DNA of 64,000 bases from a virus (taxonomy: Duplodnaviria > Caudoviricetes): IMG/VR virus record IMGVR_UViG_3300031998_000042, positions 29,158 to 93,157 of that record; one strand, written 5' to 3'. The notes beneath the pieces are model-generated. The model saw only the letters and a program-made list of their open reading frames with translations. It had not been told where the DNA came from and did no database searches. Below, piece by piece: positions 10,310 through 17,906 of the stretch. Position numbers and translations under genes: made by a program. Position 1 is the stretch's first letter, and each line of letters starts with the position of its first letter.

Positions 10310-10650
10310 TTAAAGTAACAATAAATAAACAAAAGTTCCAAAAGTTCAGAATTTTTGGAAATAAAGTTCTTGTTCACATCAATGAGCAAGAAGATGAAGA
10401 TTTTATAACTTGTGATGAACTTATGATTCCTTGTTATGATAGGGATATAATTATTAGTTCACTAATCAAAGCAAATTATCCAGCAGATAGAATGGATGCC
10501 ATTCGTAATAATTACGAATTAGTCAAAGATGGTACTGCTGGAGATAAAGCAGAAGAATATACTCAAGAATATCTTGCTATGCAAGATTGGAGAGCTTATT
10601 CAAAAGAACTTGCAAAGGAAATTATTGATAGTAAAGAAAATGTCATATGA
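10306..10650 (+). CDS. Fibre-associated small protein (chaperone-like)
   Basis: 'IISSLIKANYP.D...AI..N...EY.AMQDWR...KELA' pattern that follows fibre genes in Bacteroidetes phages. Confidence 0.55.
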   Translation: MIKVTINKQKFQKFRIFGNKVLVHINEQEDEDFITCDELMIPCYDRDIIISSLIKANYPADRMDAIRNNYELVKDGTAGDKAEEYTQEYLAMQDWRAYSKELAKEIIDSKENVI

Positions 10651-10828
10651 AGAAGAACAAGAACTTTTAACTCTTACTAGAGATAATAATCGTATGCTTA
10701 GAGAAATAATAAGTTATATTAATCTTAAAGATTCTCAAGCAAATAGTGAAAATTTAAATGATTTTCTTAGAAATATTCTTGCTAATATGATTAGTACAAA
10801 TATGGATTTAAGAAATTTTGTTAAATAA
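10640..10828 (+). CDS. Hypothetical protein (62 aa)
   Basis: ATG 10640 (MSYEEEQELL) overlapping the previous gene end. Confidence 0.6.
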   Translation: MSYEEEQELLTLTRDNNRMLREIISYINLKDSQANSENLNDFLRNILANMISTNMDLRNFVK

Positions 10829-10838
10829 TCTAAAATAG

Positions 10839-10870
10839 TTTGTAGGTGTGATTATATTTATATATCTTTG
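10839..10870 (+). promoter_or_regulatory. Bacteroidetes sigma-A-type promoter upstream of holin-like gene
   Basis: TTTG (10839-42), N20, TATCTTTG (10863-70); matches TTTG-N19-21-TAnnTTTG. Confidence 0.7.
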
Positions 10871-10891
10871 CACCTACAAACGTTTACTATT

Positions 10892-11209
10892 ATGGAAATA
10901 CTTAATAATATTATAGAAACTACACTTAATAGTTTTGATTTTACATTTTGTATTGTAGTTAATCTTCTCACTTATGTAATTATTAAACTTGTAGATGAAG
11001 CAAGAAAGAGTAAAACTAATATTTGGATTAAGAGAGCAATTCTACTCTTTGTCATTTCTTCTACGGGGGTGGTATATTATCTAGTTAATGAAGATGTAAA
11101 ACTTATCCTTAACAGTGCTATTCTTGCACCTGTATTTTGGTCTTGGCTTATGAAACCTTTATGTAAAAAGTTTAAGATTGATTATAAGGATATTGATTAT
11201 ATTAATTAA
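10892..11209 (+). CDS. Holin-like membrane protein
   Basis: 105 aa, about 3 hydrophobic segments, charged C-terminal tail. Confidence 0.55.
   Translation: MEILNNIIETTLNSFDFTFCIVVNLLTYVIIKLVDEARKSKTNIWIKRAILLFVISSTGVVYYLVNEDVKLILNSAILAPVFWSWLMKPLCKKFKIDYKDIDYIN
11060..11069 (-). repeat. CCCCCGTAGA motif copy 4 (in CDS, encodes SSTG)
   Basis: catttcttctacgggggtggt. Confidence 0.95.
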
Positions 11210-11221
11210 AATATAAAGTTA

Positions 11222-11331
11222 TACAATAATTTAAATTTCGATTTAAGACGCTTTCTTTTAAGGTACGGACAAATTATCATCTTTGAACCTTTATTTCAAT
11301 AGTGAGCGAATTTGAGGGCAAATTTGACCTA
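11222..11331 (+). repeat. ~110-bp intergenic element copy A (ends in a 24-bp exact repeat)
   Basis: GAATTTGAGGGCAAATTTGACCTA at 11308-11331 is identical to 47604-47627; upstream blocks are co-linear. Confidence 0.75.
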
Positions 11332-11373
11332 ATAATAGCAAACTTTATAAAGTGAAACTTTGACAAATGACCT

Positions 11374-11383
11374 CCCCCGTAGA
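11374..11383 (+). repeat. CCCCCGTAGA motif copy 5 (intergenic)
   Basis: gacctcccccgtagaagaaag. Confidence 0.95.
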
Positions 11384-11426
11384 AGAAAGTAATAAAGATT
11401 TTAATAATAAACTAAATAATAAACTT

Positions 11427-11558
11427 ATGGCTAAAACTGGTACTAATTCAAGTAGAAATACTTCTTATAGAAGTGATAATCGTGCAAAGCCTTTTGTTCC
11501 AAAATCAGGTTTTACTAGAACAAGACGTGAATACGGAAATGGAGGTCGTGCCAAATAA
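11427..11558 (+). CDS. Small basic protein (43 aa) ending YGNGGRAK
   Basis: ATG 11427 after A-rich leader; Arg/Lys/Ser-rich. Confidence 0.55.
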   Translation: MAKTGTNSSRNTSYRSDNRAKPFVPKSGFTRTRREYGNGGRAK

Positions 11559-11958
11559 AGTACTATACAAGATTGAATTGTATTTGCTGAAGATAATACC
11601 GATGGTCTTAGCGGCATTTAATTTGGCGAATACGATTCTTTCTTATTATGGTATAGATATTAAATTATTTACTTATATGTGTGGAATTGGTATTTTACCA
11701 ATTACATTTCTTTATATTTCTTCTTATGTCTTTAAATTCTGTTCTTATCATAGAATGTTCCTGCATTATATTGTTGTTAATAATGTACTTTGCTATATTG
11801 ATTATGAGTATAGAATTGATATTTCCGATAAAGATTATCTTTCAATACATTTGATTATTGTTGGAATATTTCTATTTATAATATTATATCTTAAATTAAA
11901 CTATGGCAAAATGGATAAATTCGTTTATTGCAAAAATGCTGAGGGATATTGCAAATAA
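11539..11958 (+). CDS. Multi-pass membrane protein
   Basis: About 4 hydrophobic segments; start uncertain (11473 or 11539). Confidence 0.6.
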   Translation: MEVVPNKVLYKIELYLLKIIPMVLAAFNLANTILSYYGIDIKLFTYMCGIGILPITFLYISSYVFKFCSYHRMFLHYIVVNNVLCYIDYEYRIDISDKDYLSIHLIIVGIFLFIILYLKLNYGKMDKFVYCKNAEGYCK

Positions 11959-12199
11959 ACTTGATAATGATACCTGTGAAATTACAGAAGATGAGGCAAT
12001 GGACATTGTACATGTTCTTGCTCATGAAGCTCTTAGTAAAGAAGAAGCTTGTATTTATATGAATTTAAAGACTAGTAGATTTGATGATTTAGTTCGAGAT
12101 GGTATTATTCCAAAAGGTGTAAAACGTAAAGGTTGGAAAGAACTTCGTTGGTATAAAGATGATTTGATTAAAGTTATTAAAGAACGAAATAGTCTTTAA
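11903..12199 (+). CDS. Excisionase/AlpA-like HTH DNA-binding protein
   Basis: 'LSKEEACIYMNLKTSRFDDLVRDGIIPKG...LRWYKDDL' winged-HTH pattern. Confidence 0.7.
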   Translation: MAKWINSFIAKMLRDIANKLDNDTCEITEDEAMDIVHVLAHEALSKEEACIYMNLKTSRFDDLVRDGIIPKGVKRKGWKELRWYKDDLIKVIKERNSL

Positions 12200-12238
12200 G
12201 ATAATATAATTAGTTAATATATAATCGGTATTATGTTT

Positions 12239-12277
12239 AGCCTCTAACTTGTTGAAAGTTAGGGGCTTATTTTATTT
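12239..12277 (+). terminator. Rho-independent terminator
   Basis: agcctctaactt / aagttaggggct stem followed by T-rich tract. Confidence 0.7.
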
Positions 12278-12288
12278 GTCGGCATTGT

Positions 12289-12319
12289 TTTGTTTTACTT
12301 AATGTTTGTAGTAATTTTG
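12289..12319 (+). promoter_or_regulatory. Bacteroidetes sigma-A-type promoter of CCC operon
   Basis: TTTG (12289-92), N19, TAATTTTG (12312-19). Confidence 0.65.
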
Positions 12320-12387
12320 CAATATCTTCTAATGACGTCAAAGAAGGTAATTAATCTTTTTACAAACTTAATTAAATTAAAACAATT

Positions 12388-13338
12388 ATGGCACAAAATG
12401 ATGGTGTTTATGTTTTCCAAGACCCTAATTCCAATAAAGGAATGAGTGACTTGGCTACTATTGCTGCACTTAGTGGTAATGGTTTTGGTGGTGGTATGAA
12501 TAATCCATTTTGGATGATGTTTATGCTTCCTTTCTTATATCCTTTCTTCAATATGTTTGGAGGTTGGGGTAATGGTAATTGGGGAGGTTTTGGTGGTGTT
12601 AATGGTGGCACTGGTTTCCTCGCTAATCAACTTAATAATGACGCAGGTCGTGACCTTATCCTTCAGGCTATTAATGGTCGTGCAGATGCTCTTGGTCAGT
12701 TAGCACAGATTCTTAATACTAGTGTTGAAACAGTTAAGAATGGTATTAATTCTCTTGCAACTTCTATCATTACTATGGATGGTGATGTTAAACTTACTGG
12801 TGCACAGATTATTAATTCTATTCAGTCTGGTAATACCGCTCTTGCTCAACAGCTTGCTCAGTGTTGTTGTGAAAATCGTCTTGCTATTTGTCAGCAGACT
12901 AATGCTCTTCAGAGTGAAGCTGCTCGTAATCATGCAGATCTTATTCTTCAGATGGCTAAGAATGAAGGTGCAGACCAACTTGCAGTATGTCAGCAGACTA
13001 ATCAGCTCGGTAGTCAAGCAGATAGAAATGCAAATACTATTCTTACTGCTATTGCTCAGCAAAATGCTATGCTTGAACAAAAATTCTGTGAGATTAAAGA
13101 ACGTGAGATGCAATCTAAGATTGATACTCAGGGTGATATTATTACTCAGCTTCGCAATCAAATCTCTAATGATAAACAAACTGAAACATTTAATGCTGCC
13201 ATTAATGCTTTGAATGAAAAGATTGCTACTCTTGCTGCTAAACAGCCTAATACGGTTCCTGTTCAGTATCCAAATCTTGTAGCAGTTAATGCTACTCCTT
13301 ATGGATACGGTTATGGTCAGACTAGTTTCTTTAATTAA
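12388..13338 (+). CDS. Gly-rich/coiled-coil 'CCC' protein of unknown function
   Basis: Hydrophobic plus Gly-rich N-terminus, QLAQCCCENRL, Gln/Asn-rich coiled coil; highly expressed-type codon bias. Confidence 0.8.
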   Translation: MAQNDGVYVFQDPNSNKGMSDLATIAALSGNGFGGGMNNPFWMMFMLPFLYPFFNMFGGWGNGNWGGFGGVNGGTGFLANQLNNDAGRDLILQAINGRADALGQLAQILNTSVETVKNGINSLATSIITMDGDVKLTGAQIINSIQSGNTALAQQLAQCCCENRLAICQQTNALQSEAARNHADLILQMAKNEGADQLAVCQQTNQLGSQADRNANTILTAIAQQNAMLEQKFCEIKEREMQSKIDTQGDIITQLRNQISNDKQTETFNAAINALNEKIATLAAKQPNTVPVQYPNLVAVNATPYGYGYGQTSFFN

Positions 13339-13356
13339 TTTATAGGAGATAAGAAT

Positions 13357-13719
13357 ATGTTTGGTGCAACTACTAATTATCCTTTCAATTTTGCAAATAG
13401 GAATGGTATTCCTTTGATTGAAAGTACAAATATTACTGTTAATACTGACAATGTAGTTATTGGTATTCCAAAACGTGCATTTAGATTTCTTAATGGTAAT
13501 GGTGTAATTCTATTTAGGTTAAATACTGCTCTTCCTGAAGCAGCAGGTACTCTTCCCATTCTATTCGCTTCTAATGAATTTACTCAGCCTTTAACATTAG
13601 TTGGTGGCGATGCCGCTACTGCTAGTCAATTAAGTGGTACAGGTGTTTATCTTATTTATTATGATAAGATGGCTAATATACTTCAATTAATGACTATGGG
13701 TGTAGCTCCTACAACTTAA
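13357..13719 (+). CDS. Hypothetical beta-sandwich protein (CCC operon)
   Basis: 120-aa ORF, co-oriented, tight spacing. Confidence 0.75.
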   Translation: MFGATTNYPFNFANRNGIPLIESTNITVNTDNVVIGIPKRAFRFLNGNGVILFRLNTALPEAAGTLPILFASNEFTQPLTLVGGDAATASQLSGTGVYLIYYDKMANILQLMTMGVAPTT

Positions 13720-13752
13720 GTTAATATTATTAATCTTTAAAATTTTACAACT

Positions 13753-14241
13753 ATGTTCTCGACTTTAAGTAAAGGTAATATTCTGTATGGACTCGATAGA
13801 CGTGATAAAATAAGTTGGTTTACTGCTTCTATCGAAAGTATAACTCCAGTATATGGTAAAGCCAATCCAAATATGTTTGGTCAATTACCTGAATTAAGAC
13901 TAGATATTGTTGCTAATGTAAATGGTGAAAGACGTGAATTCAAACAAGTGCCCAGTAATAATGCTATTGCTGATTTTGGAGAAACATCTTTTGTTATTGC
14001 AGACAATAAAGATTCATTATTTAATTATATAAAAACATTACGTCAAAATAGTAAAGCTATAGTTGATAGTGCTCCTTATCATAATTCATTAATTCCCCAA
14101 TATGATACTGTTCTAAATGAACTTGTACCAAGTAGTGCAAATAATGAAGAAGTTAAAGCACTTAAAGATGAAGTAAGTAGTCTTAAATCTCAACTTGCAG
14201 AAGCAATATCTTTACTTAAATCTGGAACAAATAAAACTTAA
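13753..14241 (+). CDS. Hypothetical protein with C-terminal coiled coil (CCC operon)
   Basis: 162 aa, 'EEVKALKDEVSSLKSQLAEAISLL' heptads. Confidence 0.75.
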   Translation: MFSTLSKGNILYGLDRRDKISWFTASIESITPVYGKANPNMFGQLPELRLDIVANVNGERREFKQVPSNNAIADFGETSFVIADNKDSLFNYIKTLRQNSKAIVDSAPYHNSLIPQYDTVLNELVPSSANNEEVKALKDEVSSLKSQLAEAISLLKSGTNKT

Positions 14242-14247
14242 ACAATT

Positions 14248-14493
14248 ATGATAGTAGTTAGATATAGAAGTTCAGAAGATTCTGAACGTACTCTTCGTAA
14301 ATTGAAGAAGATGAAGAAGTTTGTCAAGGAACTTATTGAATGTATGGAAAATGAACATTCAAAGAGTGAATATGATGACGAAGATGATTATGATGAAGAT
14401 TATCGTGAAATGGATGAAATGGAACGAGATATGAATCGTAGTCAATATCGTGGCGGTGGTCGATATGGTTATCGTCGTGGTGGTAGAATGTAA
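14248..14493 (+). CDS. Small acidic protein with RGG/YRG tail
   Basis: DDEDDYDED tract then YRGGGRYGYRRGGRM. Confidence 0.7.
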   Translation: MIVVRYRSSEDSERTLRKLKKMKKFVKELIECMENEHSKSEYDDEDDYDEDYREMDEMERDMNRSQYRGGGRYGYRRGGRM

Positions 14494-14534
14494 GATAATG
14501 TAATTGAGAGTGAGTGATAACCTATGACATTCCT

Positions 14535-14544
14535 TCTACGGGGG
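14535..14544 (-). repeat. CCCCCGTAGA motif copy 6 (intergenic, inside a hairpin)
   Basis: cattccttctacgggggtgcc, enclosed by gagtgataac/gttatcactc inverted repeat. Confidence 0.95.
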
Positions 14545-14584
14545 TGCCTAAGTTATCACTCTTCTTATTAAAAAGACAAGAGAT

Positions 14585-15007
14585 ATGTATAACAAAAGTG
14601 CAGGTAGTTATGACGAAATTCCTGATGGAATGAAAGTCTATATAAATAATTATGGTTGTCATTTTAATAAAAAGCTTTGTAAAGAGGCTGTTAGTAGAAT
14701 GACAACAAGGAATAAACAAACTGGTAAAGAAGAACATATACAACCATATACAAGACAAGAAGTAGAAAATATGCTTAATGTTTATGGAGTTCGTATAGAA
14801 CGTAATAAACTATATGATGCTGTTTATGTAGCTAATATGTGTAAAGCAGATTTTCTTGGAAGTTCTATTACATCAGAAGAACATCTTTGTAAATATGTAA
14901 AAGATTTACTCGATGATGTTGATGCAGAAGAAGGATTTGTATTTAATCGTTTTTATGCAGATACTATGTTTATGAATTGTCCTATTGAATGGGATGATAT
15001 GATATGA
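14585..15007 (+). CDS. Conserved Bacteroidetes phage protein (CCC operon)
   Basis: 'Y...YGCHFNKKLC..AVS.M...YDAVYVANMCKADFLGSSI...PIEWDDMI' family pattern. Confidence 0.75.
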   Translation: MYNKSAGSYDEIPDGMKVYINNYGCHFNKKLCKEAVSRMTTRNKQTGKEEHIQPYTRQEVENMLNVYGVRIERNKLYDAVYVANMCKADFLGSSITSEEHLCKYVKDLLDDVDAEEGFVFNRFYADTMFMNCPIEWDDMI

Positions 15008-15405
15008 TTAAACAAGTAATAGATGTAAATGGTTATTGGGAGATTATAGTTTATTATAATGTAAACTATAATCTTTTTGATATTATTGTAGATGATATGG
15101 CTCAATCTAGCACCCCCGTAGAAGGAATGGATAGAGTCAAATATAACCTTTTTATTAAAGGTGCTAAAGCTGTTACTATAACTTTTAAAGATAGATATAT
15201 AAGTTATATTATCTTTAGAAATCATAAAACTAAAGAAGATTATATATCTTCTATTGTACATGAAGCAGAACACGTTAAAGAATCTATGCTAGAAAAATAT
15301 AATATTCTTAATTCAGGTGAACCTCCAGCATACACTATAGGATATATTGTTAAAGAACTTTATAGTGTTTTTAACAAATATGTAAGAGTGGATGCAGATT
15401 TATAA
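15004..15405 (+). CDS. Small HExxH zincin-like protein
   Basis: SIVHEAEHV plus downstream 'GEPPAY' glutamate. Confidence 0.6.
   Translation: MIKQVIDVNGYWEIIVYYNVNYNLFDIIVDDMAQSSTPVEGMDRVKYNLFIKGAKAVTITFKDRYISYIIFRNHKTKEDYISSIVHEAEHVKESMLEKYNILNSGEPPAYTIGYIVKELYSVFNKYVRVDADL
15113..15122 (+). repeat. CCCCCGTAGA motif copy 7 (in CDS, encodes TPVEG)
   Basis: agcacccccgtagaaggaatg. Confidence 0.95.
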
Positions 15406-15474
15406 ATTTTTATATAGCATACATAACTTACTGATTTTTAGCAATATAAGGTCAAAATTTAGATATTATTGCTA

Positions 15475-15548
15475 ATATTGTATTTGCATATATAATATTT
15501 ATATTATTACTTTGTAATAATATATATTATATATGCAAATAACAATAT
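15475..15548. repeat. Long AT-rich near-perfect palindrome
   Basis: tatttgcatatataatat[tt]atattattac-ttt-gtaataatatatattatatatgcaaata; 28-bp arms, extendable by about 6 bp. Confidence 0.85.
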
Positions 15549-15565
15549 AAATTAATGTATAAATT

Positions 15566-16249
15566 ATGGCTTCTATTGCTCAACTTGTAAGTGAGTTTGC
15601 TCATTCACTTAAACAACCAAACAACAAAGCTCTTCGAGAGAATCTTAAACTTCTTATTATTCATACTCGAAATGAAGTTGTTCGTCGTAGTTATGAAAAT
15701 CATGGCTATGTAGATAAAGTTTTAACTCAACGTTTTAATGTAACTTTAACAGATGTTAATGATGGAGATATTAAACTTCCTCCAGAGTTAGATGGTGAAG
15801 TTATAAAGATTAAAAGAACATTACAAAAAGTACCAAGACCTGTTAGACTTACAAATAATCTTCCGTTTGATAGAGTAAGTACTGCTGGTTATCAGACTAA
15901 CAAAGAAATTCCATTTGTAAAAGAAACAACTGCTAGATTTAATTACGCTTTAGTAGGTATGTGTAGTTTACCTTCTTATGATTATATAAATGGTTATATT
16001 TATTTGTTCCCTCCTAAAAATAAATCTATTGATTTTAATAAAATTGTTATTGAAGGTGCATTTGAACATCCTAATTTTATTGAAAAAGAAAATAAAGAAG
16101 TTGATAAATATGATTTGATGTTAGATGAAAATGAGTGGCTTTTATCAGAAGATATGATAGGTCAAATAAAAGAAATTATATATAAAAGAGATTTACTCAA
16201 CACAGTGAGAGAAACTAACGAAATTCCTGAACAAATTAAATATAGTTAA
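15566..16249 (+). CDS. Tail ring protein
   Basis: 227 aa; 'YDYINGYIYL...IEGAFEHP' ring-protein pattern; crAss-like synteny. Confidence 0.6.
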   Translation: MASIAQLVSEFAHSLKQPNNKALRENLKLLIIHTRNEVVRRSYENHGYVDKVLTQRFNVTLTDVNDGDIKLPPELDGEVIKIKRTLQKVPRPVRLTNNLPFDRVSTAGYQTNKEIPFVKETTARFNYALVGMCSLPSYDYINGYIYLFPPKNKSIDFNKIVIEGAFEHPNFIEKENKEVDKYDLMLDENEWLLSEDMIGQIKEIIYKRDLLNTVRETNEIPEQIKYS

Positions 16250-16255
16250 TAAGTT

Positions 16256-17209
16256 ATGGCTATTCAAGAAAAACCTATCGGTTTAAAAGATTATCATAAA
16301 AGCATGCAAGCTTATTATACAGAACAGATTGAAAAAGCAGAAGATGAAATTGCCAATCTGACTACTGAAATGAATGTATTATACGATGAAATAAAGGAGA
16401 ATAAAGAAGTATATGCTAATGATTATAAAATTTATATCTTTAAATATAAAGAAATAGCTCAAAACAGATATATTGATGGTAGTTTGATAAGGTTTGCTAA
16501 AACTGCATATCTAAATAAAAAAGAAGAATATAAACTTACAGTTGAATTGTATCATCTTTTAAGATATGCTAAATTACAAGAAAAAATTTATAAACTTGAA
16601 AAAGATATAGTTTTCTATAACAAACTTGTTTCTTTAAATACAAAAGAATATACTGAGATACTTAGAGAATATTATAAACAATTACATAAATTTATGATTC
16701 TTAATGGTTATGGATATTCTTTAGGAGAAATTGGTTGGATTTGTATTAATAGATGTCATGTTAAGAAAACATTTAGAAGACTTATAGATTTCAAGGCTAC
16801 AAAAGAAAGAGAAAAGCAATTACTTGCAGAAGGTAAAAAAATATATAATAAAGATGAAGCCGAATGGTGTTTGAGAAATGGAATTGAATATCATGCCGAA
16901 GATAAAAGAGTATTTAAAGAAGATGAATATGTATATGAAGTTCCATTAATTGATTCTAAAATTCCAGGAGGTTCAGATTTTAAATTAGAGTTAATAAACT
17001 ATCGAGGTGGAGATACAAAAGGTAAGTTGCATGATGAATTGTTACAAGAAACAAATAATGATACAACAAAAATATGTGAACTTGACATAGACCTTAGAAC
17101 CAAGATAGTTTTATGTAATAGAGCTGATAAATTAATATATAATAATTTTATTAGAAATGAACATCAAACGTCAATTAACGCTAGCAAGGCTACTCGCGAA
17201 GGTAAGTAA
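16256..17209 (+). CDS. Conserved protein, probable IHF/HU-like DNA-binding domain with N-terminal coiled coil
   Basis: Position between ring genes as in crAss-like phages; 'LNGYGYSLGEIGWICI' resembles the HU beta arm. Confidence 0.45.
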   Translation: MAIQEKPIGLKDYHKSMQAYYTEQIEKAEDEIANLTTEMNVLYDEIKENKEVYANDYKIYIFKYKEIAQNRYIDGSLIRFAKTAYLNKKEEYKLTVELYHLLRYAKLQEKIYKLEKDIVFYNKLVSLNTKEYTEILREYYKQLHKFMILNGYGYSLGEIGWICINRCHVKKTFRRLIDFKATKEREKQLLAEGKKIYNKDEAEWCLRNGIEYHAEDKRVFKEDEYVYEVPLIDSKIPGGSDFKLELINYRGGDTKGKLHDELLQETNNDTTKICELDIDLRTKIVLCNRADKLIYNNFIRNEHQTSINASKATREGK

Positions 17210-17903
17210 TGATTTTAACTTATCTGAAAGTGATTGGATACCAAGAGTTGGTGCTTGGACTATAGATGCACTTTCTCAAATGAAAGTTCTTCCTATGGAA
17301 CGTAAGAGAAGAACTTTAGAAGTTTCTGATAGAATTGCACAATTTCCTTGTGAGATTAATGCAAAGGAACTTAGAGTGTTTGATTCTAATGGTTGTGAAA
17401 TACAAGAATATAAAACTAAATGTGATTGTTCAGGACGTAGTGCTCAAAACACTGGTTCTGAAATTGCTGTTATTGATGATACCAACAAAACTGGCGTAAA
17501 CTTTATGAAAGTTGGTAATATTGTTGATGGAAGTAGAGAAAGGTATTTTGTATTAGATGGAAATAATATCGAACTTAGTTTTGAAATAGATAGCATAGAA
17601 GTTGAAACTTTTGAAGTTGCAACTTATTACGATGAATATTATGAATGTGATTGTCCTTACATTATTGATGATGGACTTTTATTAGAAGCTCTTGCTTGGT
17701 ATGTATTATTTAAATATCTTAGCAGAGGTAGTAAACATCCTGTTTATGATTTGAAATCTAATAGTCCTGTTACCAATCCCTGGATGCAATGGAATACTCT
17801 TAGACCTAAAGCAGCTGCATCTGCAAAAATGGCTCTTTCAAGAGGTGCAAATGATGGTTGGAATAACTTTTTCTATAATTCTACATTTTTACCTAGAGGT
17901 TAA
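17157..17903 (+). CDS. Tail tubular/ring protein (P22 gp4-like)
   Basis: 248 aa immediately before muzzle gene; 'PYIID...LLEALAWYV' pattern. Confidence 0.65.
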   Translation: MNIKRQLTLARLLAKVSNDFNLSESDWIPRVGAWTIDALSQMKVLPMERKRRTLEVSDRIAQFPCEINAKELRVFDSNGCEIQEYKTKCDCSGRSAQNTGSEIAVIDDTNKTGVNFMKVGNIVDGSRERYFVLDGNNIELSFEIDSIEVETFEVATYYDEYYECDCPYIIDDGLLLEALAWYVLFKYLSRGSKHPVYDLKSNSPVTNPWMQWNTLRPKAAASAKMALSRGANDGWNNFFYNSTFLPRG

Positions 17904-17906
17904 GTT

